Shown in pieces: positions 11,548 through 19,836 of a DNA stretch of 29,053 nt; positions within the stretch are counted from its first letter, which is position 1, and every line of letters starts with the position of its first letter. Location: contig JBBRLX010000041.1 in assembly GCA_038231135.1 (NCBI GenBank), positions 1 through 29,053 of the forward strand, read 5' to 3'. A model generated the notes under the pieces. The model was not told where the DNA came from. It saw nothing but the letters and a program-made list of their open reading frames with translations, and made no database searches. This DNA is from Candidatus Eiseniibacteriota bacterium (GTDB taxonomy: Bacteria; Eisenbacteria; RBG-16-71-46). Made by a program: the position numbers and the translations under genes.

Positions 11548-11571
11548 TCAACTGGTTCCGGAACCAGTTGA
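11548..11571. promoter_or_regulatory. Perfect 24-bp palindrome, candidate transcription-factor operator
   Basis: TCAACTGGTTCCGGAACCAGTTGA is its own reverse complement and ends 49 nt upstream of the ATG at 11621. Confidence 0.6.
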
Positions 11572-11620
11572 TGTGATGCTGCGAGAGCCGCTACTCGGCG
11601 AGGACCGGAGTCTTCAACCC

Positions 11621-12547
11621 ATGAATATTCTCGAAGCGATCGGCAACACGTCGCTCGTGCGACTGCGCAAAGTCGTGCCGTCCCATTGCGCGCGGATCTA
11701 CGTGAAGCTCGAATGGGAGAATCCGACCGGCAGCGTCAAAGACCGCATGGCGCTCGCCGTGATCTCGCGCGCCGAGGCGGACGGCCGGCTCAAGCCTGGC
11801 GACACCGTCGTCGAGTACACGGGCGGCAGCACGGGCGCATCGCTGGCTTTGGTCTGTGCCGCGAAAGGCTACCCGATCCACATCGTCAGCTCGGACGCGT
11901 TCAGCAAGGGGAAGCTGGATCAAATGGCGGCGCTGGGCGCAGAGCTCACGCTGGTCCCGAGCGAGGGCGGTCTCACCACGAAGAAGCTGATCCAGGACAT
12001 GATCGAGGTCGCCCGCAAGCTGAGCCAGCAGCCGTACATGCATTGGACCGACCAACTCAACAACCACGACAGCATCGCCGGTTATCATGCTTTGGGCGAA
12101 GAGATCTGGAGTCAGACGAACGGCGAAGTCGACGCCTTCGTGCATTGCGTGGGCACGGCGGCTACCTCCCGTGGCGTAGCCACAGTTCTCAAACGATACA
12201 AGCCTGGCATCCAGGTCATGGCCGTCGAACCCGCCGAATCATCGGTGCTACTCGGCGGCCCTCCCGGCCCTCACAAGATCGAGGGCGTCGGGATCGGCTA
12301 CGTCCCGCCACTCTGGGATCCGTCTCTCGTGGATGAGATCCTGCCCATCAAGACCGACGACGCGAAGGCCATGACGCGGCGACTTGCGCGCGAAGAGGCG
12401 CTGTTCGCCGGGACGTCATCCGGAGCCAACGTCCTCGCGGCGATTCAGGTGGGAGAGCGACTGGGACCGGGGGCGAGCGTGGTCACGCTGATGGCCGACT
12501 CGGGCCTCAAGTACCTGGACACGGACGTGTACCTGCTACGCAGGTAG
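11621..12547 (+). CDS. PLP-dependent cysteine synthase-family enzyme (308 aa)
   Basis: IGNTSLVRL, KLEWENPTGSVKDR (PLP lysine), HKIEGVG, LAREEALFAGTSSGAN, DSGLKY. GGAG before the ATG at 11621. Confidence 0.9.
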   Translation: MNILEAIGNTSLVRLRKVVPSHCARIYVKLEWENPTGSVKDRMALAVISRAEADGRLKPGDTVVEYTGGSTGASLALVCAAKGYPIHIVSSDAFSKGKLDQMAALGAELTLVPSEGGLTTKKLIQDMIEVARKLSQQPYMHWTDQLNNHDSIAGYHALGEEIWSQTNGEVDAFVHCVGTAATSRGVATVLKRYKPGIQVMAVEPAESSVLLGGPPGPHKIEGVGIGYVPPLWDPSLVDEILPIKTDDAKAMTRRLAREEALFAGTSSGANVLAAIQVGERLGPGASVVTLMADSGLKYLDTDVYLLRR

Positions 12548-13585
12548 ATCCGGCCCCGACAGCCACGCGAACAACCCCCGCACGCCGTCACGCGTATGCC
12601 CAAGCATCATCGCCCGCGCCGCGATGCGCTTCACCTCGGGCCGCGGCAGCCGCGGGCGGTTCTCCCCCAGCGGGAATTCGGGATCCGAGCGCGCGTGACG
12701 CAGCGACGCCGCGGCCCACAGCGCGGGCCACAGCACGAACATGCGATAGCGCCAGTGGCGCGACGGGATCAGGTCGAGGTATTCCGGCACCTGGCCGAGC
12801 GCCGCGCGCGCGAGCGCTTCCAGGCGTCGCGCCGCGGCACGCGCGCCCACGCGGCTCCTGTCCACCAGTTCGCGCGGGGTGATGCGGTACTCGGTGAGCC
12901 ATTCGGCGGGCACGTAGCAGCGGCCGCGGCGCACGTCGCGCGGCCAGTCGAGCAGGATGTTCGTGAGCTGCAGCGCCTCTCCGACGATCGGCGCCAGCAC
13001 GAGGCGGTCGGCTTCGAGATCGGCGCCGGCGGGCGCGCGCTGCGCGAACAACCGCGTCAGCATGACTCCCACGCAGCCCGCGACGACGAAGCAGTAGTCG
13101 TGCAACTCGGCCTCGGTGTCGAGATAGGGCGGCAGCTCGCCCTGCGCCACGCCCGCCTCGCGCTCCGCGGCCCGCGCTGCGTAGTGGCGCATGCCGCGGC
13201 CCATCTGGCGCACGGCTTCGCCGATCACGAGCTGTTCCGCCGGCTCGAGCGCCGCGAACACGCGCAACACCACCGGCAGATGCCCGACCAGCTCGAGATC
13301 GTCCGCGCGGGCACCGATCACGGCCGCCTGTGCCGCCAGCGTGTCCCCGGCGGCCGTGTCCCCGGCCACGGCGTCGAGCAGCAGTCCGAACCGGGCGGCG
13401 ATCTCGGCGGGCGTGCCGGGCCACGAGTCCTCGAGCGCATCCGCGGCGCGGCACAACAGGTACGCGATGGGCACGGAACGCGCGAGCGGGCCGCGAAGCA
13501 CGCCGATGTTCGCCGCGAACGTCCGCGACACGCGCGGCAGCACTTCGCGGCAATAACGGACGTCGTCGGTCTCGCGTTGGGCCAT
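12536..13585 (-). CDS. Squalene/phytoene synthase family (farnesyl-diphosphate farnesyltransferase-like)
   Basis: LPRVSRTF, YLLCRAADALED, YCFVVAGCVG, LQLTNILLD..D...GRCYVP. GGAG RBS before the ATG at 13585. Confidence 0.88.
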   Translation of the reverse strand: MAQRETDDVRYCREVLPRVSRTFAANIGVLRGPLARSVPIAYLLCRAADALEDSWPGTPAEIAARFGLLLDAVAGDTAAGDTLAAQAAVIGARADDLELVGHLPVVLRVFAALEPAEQLVIGEAVRQMGRGMRHYAARAAEREAGVAQGELPPYLDTEAELHDYCFVVAGCVGVMLTRLFAQRAPAGADLEADRLVLAPIVGEALQLTNILLDWPRDVRRGRCYVPAEWLTEYRITPRELVDRSRVGARAAARRLEALARAALGQVPEYLDLIPSRHWRYRMFVLWPALWAAASLRHARSDPEFPLGENRPRLPRPEVKRIAARAMMLGHTRDGVRGLFAWLSGPDLPA

Positions 13586-13717
13586 CGGTGCTCCAGGAAT
13601 CCGGTGGCGCGCCAGCCCAGACGGCGCGCGGGAGGCGGGAAGATAGGCTGACTGCGGCGTGCAGGCCAAACGCTGACAGGAATTGCGGGCGCGAGTTATT
13701 CCCGCGCGTCGTGATTA

Positions 13718-13726
13718 TGCTAACCT
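13718..13726 (+). promoter_or_regulatory. Putative extended -10 promoter for ctaA-ctaB
   Basis: TG-C-TAACCT about 40 nt upstream of the ctaA start. Confidence 0.35.
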
Positions 13727-13768
13727 GCTGCGCTCTTGGCGATTAAGTACAGGGAGGCTTCGCAACAC

Positions 13769-14710
13769 GTGACGGCATCGCGCGCATTCGCGTTCACGGC
13801 CACGCTCGCCCGCGTGACGTGCATGTTCATGTTCGGACTGATCGTGATCGGATCGGTGGTCCGAACCACGGGTTCGGGACTCGCCTGCCCCGACTGGCCG
13901 CTGTGCGAGGGGCGGTTCATCCCCCGTGCCGAGCCGCACGTGCTGATCGAGTGGTCGCACCGCACGGTCGCGCTGCTCGTGAGCCTGCTGACGTTCGCCA
14001 CCGCGCTGTCGGTGCTCGCGCGTCGGCCGGTCCGGTCCCGGCTCGGCGGACTCGTGATGCTGGCGATCGCGCTCCTGGTGGCGCAGGTGCTGCTGGGCGC
14101 GCTCACGGTGTGGAAGCTGCTGAGCCCGTCGGTGGTGAGCAGCCACCTGGCGGTCGCGGTGCTGCTGTTCGCCACGCTGCTCACGCTGGCGCTCAAGGCG
14201 CAGGCGATTGCCGACGCCGAGGCCTGGCTCGAACCCGAGCCGGCGTCACCCGCAGCGCCCCGGCTTGCCGGGCTGTTCGCGGCGGCGTCGGTGATCACCT
14301 ATGCCCAGATCGTGCTGGGGGGCGTGATGAGCACGACGCACGCGGTGGTCGCGTGCCCCGACTGGCCGACGTGCCTCGGCCAGTGGCTGCCGCCGCTGCG
14401 CGGGCTCGTCGGCATCCACATGCTGCACCGCTGGGCGGGCTACCTGGTGGCAGTGCTGGTGCTGGGTGTCGCGATCGCGGCGCGCGACGCGACGCTGGAA
14501 GTTCGCGCCGCCGCGCGGTTGGCGGTGACGCTGGTGTGGGCGCAGGTGCTGCTCGGCATCTGCAACGTGCTGCTGCAGGCGCCGTCGTGGGTGTCGGCCA
14601 TGCATCTGGCGACCGCGGTCGCGCTGCTCGGCGTGCTGGTGATCGCCACGTTCCGGCTCGCGGCTGCCACCGCCGCGGCGCCGCGGCTGGTGCCGGCGGC
14701 GGCGCGATGA
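13769..14710 (+). CDS. ctaA: Heme A synthase (COX15/CtaA)
   Basis: GSVVRTTGSGLACPDWPLC, EWSHR, SSHL, second CPDWPTC, HMLHR, AMHL. GGGAGG RBS before the GTG at 13769. Confidence 0.93.
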   Translation: MTASRAFAFTATLARVTCMFMFGLIVIGSVVRTTGSGLACPDWPLCEGRFIPRAEPHVLIEWSHRTVALLVSLLTFATALSVLARRPVRSRLGGLVMLAIALLVAQVLLGALTVWKLLSPSVVSSHLAVAVLLFATLLTLALKAQAIADAEAWLEPEPASPAAPRLAGLFAAASVITYAQIVLGGVMSTTHAVVACPDWPTCLGQWLPPLRGLVGIHMLHRWAGYLVAVLVLGVAIAARDATLEVRAAARLAVTLVWAQVLLGICNVLLQAPSWVSAMHLATAVALLGVLVIATFRLAAATAAAPRLVPAAAR

Positions 14711-15639
14711 CCTCGGTCGACATCGTCGCCGTCCGGCCGAGCGTCCGGCGCCTCGCGGCCGCCTACCTCGAGCTGACGAAGCCACGGATCGTCACGCTGG
14801 TGCTGGTCACCGGCGTCCCGGCGCTGCTGCTCGCGAGCCGCGGCCTGCCGGACCCGTACCTCGCGGTGGCCACGCTCGTGGGCACGGCGCTCGCCGCGGG
14901 CTCGGCCTCGTGCTTCAACCACTGGTACGACCGCGACGTCGACGGCCTGATGCGCCGCACGGCCACACGGCCGCTGCCGTCGGGGCTGCTGCCGCCGTCG
15001 CATGCGCTGGTGCTGGGCACGGTGCTGGGGCTCGCGGCGGTGACGCTGCTGGCGGTGGCCGCGAATCCGCTCGCGGCGGCGCTGGGCGCGGCGTCGATCT
15101 TCTACTACGCGGTCGTCTACACGATGTGGCTCAAGCGGCGGACGCCGGAGAACATCGTGATCGGCGGTGGCGCCGGCGCGTCGGCGCCGCTGATCGCGTG
15201 GGCCGCGGTCACGGGCGGCCTCAGCCTGCCCGCGGTGCTGCTGGCGTCGATCGTGTTCCTGTGGACGCCGCCGCATTTCTGGGCGCTGTCGCTGTATCGC
15301 AGCGACGACTACGCGCGGGCCGGCATCCCGATGCTGCCCGTCACCCACGGCGCCGAGGAGACGCGCCGCCGCATCGTGCTCTACACCTGGGTGCTGGTGC
15401 CGGTCACGCTGTCGCTGGCGCCGCTCGGCCTCGTCGGGCCGTTCTATACCGTGCCTGCGGCGCTGCTGGGCGTGCAGTTTCTGCGACTCGTCCACCGGTT
15501 GCGGCGCACCGGTGCGATTTCCGACGCGGTGCAGGTGTTCCGCTATTCGATCGCCTACCTGTTCCTGCTGTACCTGGCGCTCACGGTCGACGCCGTGACG
15601 CGATTCGTGGTCCAGGGGGTGGCGAGCGGCCGGGGATGA
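14707..15639 (+). CDS. ctaB: Protoheme IX farnesyltransferase (heme O synthase)
   Basis: YLELTKPRI, NHWYDRDVDGLMRRTATRPLPSG, YTMWLKRRT, WTPPHFWAL, DYARAGIPMLP. ATGA overlap with ctaA. Confidence 0.96.
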   Translation: MTSVDIVAVRPSVRRLAAAYLELTKPRIVTLVLVTGVPALLLASRGLPDPYLAVATLVGTALAAGSASCFNHWYDRDVDGLMRRTATRPLPSGLLPPSHALVLGTVLGLAAVTLLAVAANPLAAALGAASIFYYAVVYTMWLKRRTPENIVIGGGAGASAPLIAWAAVTGGLSLPAVLLASIVFLWTPPHFWALSLYRSDDYARAGIPMLPVTHGAEETRRRIVLYTWVLVPVTLSLAPLGLVGPFYTVPAALLGVQFLRLVHRLRRTGAISDAVQVFRYSIAYLFLLYLALTVDAVTRFVVQGVASGRG

Positions 15640-15660
15640 CTTTCGCCGCTGTGGAGACCG

Positions 15661-15669
15661 TGTTAATTT
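15661..15669 (+). promoter_or_regulatory. Possible internal extended -10 promoter for the oxidase subunit genes
   Basis: TG-T-TAATTT in the ctaB-coxB gap. Confidence 0.3.
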
Positions 15670-15720
15670 GCCCGGCCTGAGATGAGTCCGAGTCACCGAT
15701 CGTTGAGAACCGGGGAGTCT

Positions 15721-16749
15721 ATGGCCGGAACGAAGCTGGACAGGATGCCTGGCGGTCGATTCGTGTGGCCGGTGCTCGCCGTGTTGCCGGCGCTGGCCGG
15801 GTGCAACACGGCGCGGGACTTCCCGCAGACCACGCTGGATCCCAAGTCGGACTACGCCCGCGCGATCCAGGTGCTGCTCGAGCAGCAGGTGTTCTGGGTC
15901 GCCGTCATCTTCAGTTTCGTGCTGCTCGCGACGCTCGTGATCCTGGTCAAGTTCCGCGCCCGTCCCGGTTCGCCCGAGCCGAAGCCGATCCATGGCCACA
16001 CCGGCCTCGAGATCGCCTGGACGATCGCACCGGCCGTGATCCTCACGCTCGTCGCGGTGCCCACGGTGGCCACGATCTACAAGACCCAGGCCGCGCCCCC
16101 CGCGGGGTCACTGCACGTGCGCGCGATCGGGCACCAGTGGTGGTGGGAGTTCAACTACCCGGACCTCGGAGTCACGACCGGCAGCGAGATGCATGTGCCG
16201 GTGGGCCGGCCGATCGCGATCGACATCGAGACGGCCGACGTGCTGCACAGCTTCTGGTTCCCGGCGATGGGCGGCAAGCGTGACGCGATCCCGGGCCACG
16301 TCAACCACATGTTCTTCACCGCCGATACCACCGGCACGTTCCCCGGCCAGTGCGTCGAGTTTTGCGGTATTTCGCACGCGAACATGCGCATGAAGCTGGT
16401 GGTCGCCAAGCCCAACGAGTTCGAGGCCTGGGTGGCGGGGCAGAAGCAGGGACCGGCCATTCCCGACAGCACGTCGCTCGCGGGCGCCGGCCACCGGCTG
16501 TTCACGCAGAGCGCGTGCGTCGCCTGCCACACGATTCAGGGGGTATCGGCCGGCGTGATCGGTCCCAATCTCACGCACGTGGGCAGCCGCAGCATCATCG
16601 CGGGCGGGATCTACGACAACACTCCCGAAATGCTCGAGAAGTGGCTCGAGAATCCGCCCGGGCGCAAGCCGGGCTCGCTGATGCCGAATCTCGGACTGAC
16701 CCACGATCAGGTGACCCAACTGGTCGCCTACCTCACCAGCCTCAAGTAG
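15721..16749 (+). CDS. coxB: Cytochrome c oxidase subunit II with fused cytochrome c (caa3-type), lipoprotein
   Basis: Lipobox LAGC, LEIAWT, GHQWWWEF, DVLHSFW, CuA motif CVEFCGISHANM, heme c motif CVACH, GPNLTH, KPGSLMP. GGGGAG RBS. Confidence 0.96.
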   Translation: MAGTKLDRMPGGRFVWPVLAVLPALAGCNTARDFPQTTLDPKSDYARAIQVLLEQQVFWVAVIFSFVLLATLVILVKFRARPGSPEPKPIHGHTGLEIAWTIAPAVILTLVAVPTVATIYKTQAAPPAGSLHVRAIGHQWWWEFNYPDLGVTTGSEMHVPVGRPIAIDIETADVLHSFWFPAMGGKRDAIPGHVNHMFFTADTTGTFPGQCVEFCGISHANMRMKLVVAKPNEFEAWVAGQKQGPAIPDSTSLAGAGHRLFTQSACVACHTIQGVSAGVIGPNLTHVGSRSIIAGGIYDNTPEMLEKWLENPPGRKPGSLMPNLGLTHDQVTQLVAYLTSLK

Positions 16750-16774
16750 CGGCCGGAACCGGAAAGGAACCCAA

Positions 16775-18583
16775 ATGGCCACGACCGCCGCCACGCTCCA
16801 CGCCCCGGCACACGCCGAGCCGTCGGGGCTGTGGAGCTGGATCACCACCGTCGATCACAAGCGCATTGGTGCGCTGTACGGCATCACCGCGTTCTGTTTC
16901 TTCCTGATCGGCGGGTTCGAGGCGCTGCTGATCCGCATCCAGCTGATCCGGCCGGACAACACCTTCGTGAGCCCTGACGTGTACAACCAGCTGTTCACGA
17001 TGCACGCCACCACGATGATCTTCCTCGCGGTGATGCCGTTGTCGGCGAGCTTCTTCAACTTCCTGATCCCGCTGATGATCGGCGCCCGCGACGTGGCGTT
17101 CCCGCGGCTCAACGCGTTCAGCTACTGGGTGTTCCTGTTCGGCGCGATCTTCATCAACCTGAGCTTCGTGTTCGGCGGCGCCCCGGACGTGGGCTGGTTC
17201 GGTTACGCGAACCTCACCTCCAAGCAGTTCTCGCCCGGGCACGGCGTCGACTTCTGGGCGGTGGGCCTGCAGATCCTCGGGGTCGCGTCGCTGGCGGCGG
17301 CGTTCAACTTCATCGTCACGATCTTGAATCTGCGGGCGCCGGGGATGCGGCTGATGCGCATGCCGGTGTTCGTGTGGATGACGCTCGTCACGTCGTTCCT
17401 GATCATCCTGGCGTTCCCGGTGATCACGGTCGCGCTGATCTTCCTGCTGTTCGACCGGTTCATCGGCACCCACTTCTTCATCCCCAGCGCCGGCGCCGAT
17501 CCGCTGCTGTGGCAGCACCTGTTCTGGCTGTTCGGCCATCCCGAGGTCTACATCCTGATCCTGCCGGCGATGGGCATCGTGTCCGAGGTGCTGCCGACGT
17601 TCTCGCGCAAGCCGCTGTTCGGCTACCCGGTGATCGTCTACTCCGGCATCTTCATCGGATTCATGGGCTGGGGCGTGTGGAGCCATCACATGTTCTCGGT
17701 CGGGCTCGGGCCGCTCGCGGACTCGTTCTTCGCGCTGTCCACGATGCTGATCGCGATCCCGACCGGCGTGAAGATCTTCAACTGGCTCGCCACGATGTGG
17801 GGGGGCAGGCTCGAGCTCAAGACCCCGATGCTGTTCGCGATCGGGTTCATCATCCTGTTCACGATGGGCGGGCTGTCGGGGTTCATGCACGCCTCGCCGC
17901 CGGCCGATCTGCAGCAGACCGACACCTACTTCGTGGTTGCGCACATCCACTACGTGCTGTTCGGCGGCGCGATCATGGGCATCTTCGCGGGCCTCTACTA
18001 CTGGTTCCCGAAGATGACCGGCCGGATGATGAACGACCGGCTGGGCAAGGTGCACTTCTGGCTGCAGCTCGTGGCCATGAACCTGACGTTCTTCCCGATG
18101 CACTTCGTCGGGCTGCTCGGAATGCCGCGCCGCGTCTACACCTATGGCGCGAACCTGGGCTTCAACGAGATGAACTTCTGGTCCACGATCGGCGCGCTGC
18201 TGCTGGCCCCGGCGATCCTGATCTTCGTCTACAACTGGATCACGAGCTGGCGCAGCGGCCCCCCGGCCGGCAACGATCCGTGGGGCGGCGCGACGCTGGA
18301 ATGGGCGATTCCGTCGCCGCCGCCGTCGTACAACTTCGGCACGATTCCCGAAGTCCACAGCCTCGATCCGCTGTGGCACAAGGACAGCCGTGAGCTGGTG
18401 CTGGCATCGAACCATGTGCACGGGCACATCCACATGCCGCCCAACTCGTACTGGCCGTTCCTGGGCGCGCTGGGCATGGCGATGATGATGTCGGGCATGG
18501 TGTTTGGGTGGTTCGTCGGCATCCCCGGGCTGCTGCTGATGCTGCTCGGGTTCTACAACTGGGCCTTCGAGCCCTGCCATTGA
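16775..18583 (+). CDS. ctaD: Cytochrome c oxidase subunit I (type A1)
   Basis: DHKRIG, TMHAT, FWLFGHPEVY, WSHHMF, VVAHIHY, GMPRR and extra C-terminal helices (HMPPNSYWP...). Confidence 0.98.
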   Translation: MATTAATLHAPAHAEPSGLWSWITTVDHKRIGALYGITAFCFFLIGGFEALLIRIQLIRPDNTFVSPDVYNQLFTMHATTMIFLAVMPLSASFFNFLIPLMIGARDVAFPRLNAFSYWVFLFGAIFINLSFVFGGAPDVGWFGYANLTSKQFSPGHGVDFWAVGLQILGVASLAAAFNFIVTILNLRAPGMRLMRMPVFVWMTLVTSFLIILAFPVITVALIFLLFDRFIGTHFFIPSAGADPLLWQHLFWLFGHPEVYILILPAMGIVSEVLPTFSRKPLFGYPVIVYSGIFIGFMGWGVWSHHMFSVGLGPLADSFFALSTMLIAIPTGVKIFNWLATMWGGRLELKTPMLFAIGFIILFTMGGLSGFMHASPPADLQQTDTYFVVAHIHYVLFGGAIMGIFAGLYYWFPKMTGRMMNDRLGKVHFWLQLVAMNLTFFPMHFVGLLGMPRRVYTYGANLGFNEMNFWSTIGALLLAPAILIFVYNWITSWRSGPPAGNDPWGGATLEWAIPSPPPSYNFGTIPEVHSLDPLWHKDSRELVLASNHVHGHIHMPPNSYWPFLGALGMAMMMSGMVFGWFVGIPGLLLMLLGFYNWAFEPCH

Positions 18584-18600
18584 CCGGGGAGGACGTTCCA

Positions 18601-19206
18601 TTGTCGTCTGCCGCCGCAACGCTCGCTCCGGTGCACGAGGCGCATCCCACCAGCACCGGCCTCAACAACCGCAAGATGGTGTTCTGGGCGTTCCTCGGCT
18701 CGGAATGCATGTTCTTCGGCTCGCTGATCGCCACGTACCTCGTGTACAAGGGGCGCGACAAGGTCGGTCCGCACCCGCACGAGATCTTCAACATCGTGTT
18801 CACGTCGTTCAGCGCGTTCGTGCTGCTGATGAGCTCGCTCACCATGGTGCTCGCGCTGGCCGCCGTGCAGCGCAACAACCAGAAGACCGCCCGGCTGTGG
18901 CTCGCCGCGACGGCGCTGCTCGGCATGACGTTCGTGGGCGGACAGTGCTACGAGTTCTCGGAGTTCTTCTCGCACGGACTCAAGCTGCAGACGAACCTGT
19001 TCGGGGCCACGTTCTACGTGCTCACGGGGTTCCACGGCACGCACGTGACCATCGGCGTCATCTGGCTGTGGTCGCTGTTCATGATGGCGACCAAGGGCAA
19101 GCTCGGGTCCGAGCGCGCGCTCGACGTCGAGATCGCCGGCCTGTACTGGCATTTCGTCGACGTGGTGTGGATCGCGATCTTCACCCTGGTCTACCTTCTC
19201 CAATAG
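18601..19206 (+). CDS. ctaE: Cytochrome c oxidase subunit III
   Basis: FLGSECMFF, LLMSS, FYVLTGFHGTHV, YWHFVDVVW. GGGGAGG RBS before the TTG at 18601. Confidence 0.95.
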   Translation: MSSAAATLAPVHEAHPTSTGLNNRKMVFWAFLGSECMFFGSLIATYLVYKGRDKVGPHPHEIFNIVFTSFSAFVLLMSSLTMVLALAAVQRNNQKTARLWLAATALLGMTFVGGQCYEFSEFFSHGLKLQTNLFGATFYVLTGFHGTHVTIGVIWLWSLFMMATKGKLGSERALDVEIAGLYWHFVDVVWIAIFTLVYLLQ

Positions 19207-19215
19207 GGGCGACTC

Positions 19216-19521
19216 ATGACCGACCACGATCCGAGCCAGCCGGCCGCGCACGCGCACCCCGGCGCCAAGGAATATCTCGCCATCGGCCTGGTGCTGGTGG
19301 TGATCACGGCGATCGAAGTGGCGGTGTTCTACATTCCCTCGATGAAGCCGGTGCTGGTGCCGGTGCTGCTGTCGCTGTCCGCGGTCAAGTTCGCGCTGGT
19401 CGCGATGTTCTACATGCACCTCAAGTTCGACCACAAGCTGTTCTCGTGGCTGTTCGTGCTGCCGATGCTGCTCGCGATCTTCGTGATCGTGGCGCTGATG
19501 AAGCTGTTCGGCGTGTGGTGA
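19216..19521 (+). CDS. ctaF: Cytochrome c oxidase subunit IV (CtaF/CyoD family)
   Basis: ITAIEV, KFALVAMFYMHLKFD, three hydrophobic segments, last gene of the operon. Confidence 0.9.
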   Translation: MTDHDPSQPAAHAHPGAKEYLAIGLVLVVITAIEVAVFYIPSMKPVLVPVLLSLSAVKFALVAMFYMHLKFDHKLFSWLFVLPMLLAIFVIVALMKLFGVW

Positions 19522-19569
19522 TCGCGCACGACGACCGCGCGGACGTTGGGCGCTCTATTGGAAACGACA

Positions 19570-19600
19570 ACAGCCCGGCCTCATTCCGAGACCGGGCTGT
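19570..19600. terminator. Hairpin terminator between the convergent cox operon and tRNA
   Basis: ACAGCCCGGCCTC-ATTCC-GAGACCGGGCTGT, with T-rich tails on both strands. Confidence 0.75.
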
Positions 19601-19607
19601 GTAATTT

Positions 19608-19684
<77 letters not shown>

Positions 19685-19694
19685 ACGTACAGTG

Positions 19695-19723
19695 AAACTA
19701 GGTCAGCTCCGGCCCGATGTCAA
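19695..19723 (-). promoter_or_regulatory. sigma70 promoter of tRNA-fMet
   Basis: Minus strand TTGACA-N17-TAGTTT, 10 nt upstream of the tRNA. Confidence 0.8.
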
Positions 19724-19725
19724 GG

Positions 19726-19751
19726 CACCGGAGCCGTCCACGGCTCCGGTG
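19726..19751. repeat. Perfect inverted repeat (12-bp arms) between divergent promoters
   Basis: CACCGGAGCCGT-CC-ACGGCTCCGGTG. Confidence 0.8.
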
Positions 19752-19757
19752 AAGGAG

Positions 19758-19786
19758 TTGCGAACCGTGGCGCGCCCCTCTATTCT
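19758..19786 (+). promoter_or_regulatory. Putative sigma70 promoter of the beta-barrel gene
   Basis: TTGCGA-N17-TATTCT. Confidence 0.6.
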
Positions 19787-19836
19787 GCGCGTCCTCGTCG
19801 AAGCACCGGGTGGCACGCAGGCACGGAGGATGGAAT

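Noticed and set aside
11243..11620. 434-aa version of the cysteine synthase ORF
   Set aside because: It overlaps tyrA out of frame. Family similarity begins at the ATG at 11621, which has an RBS.
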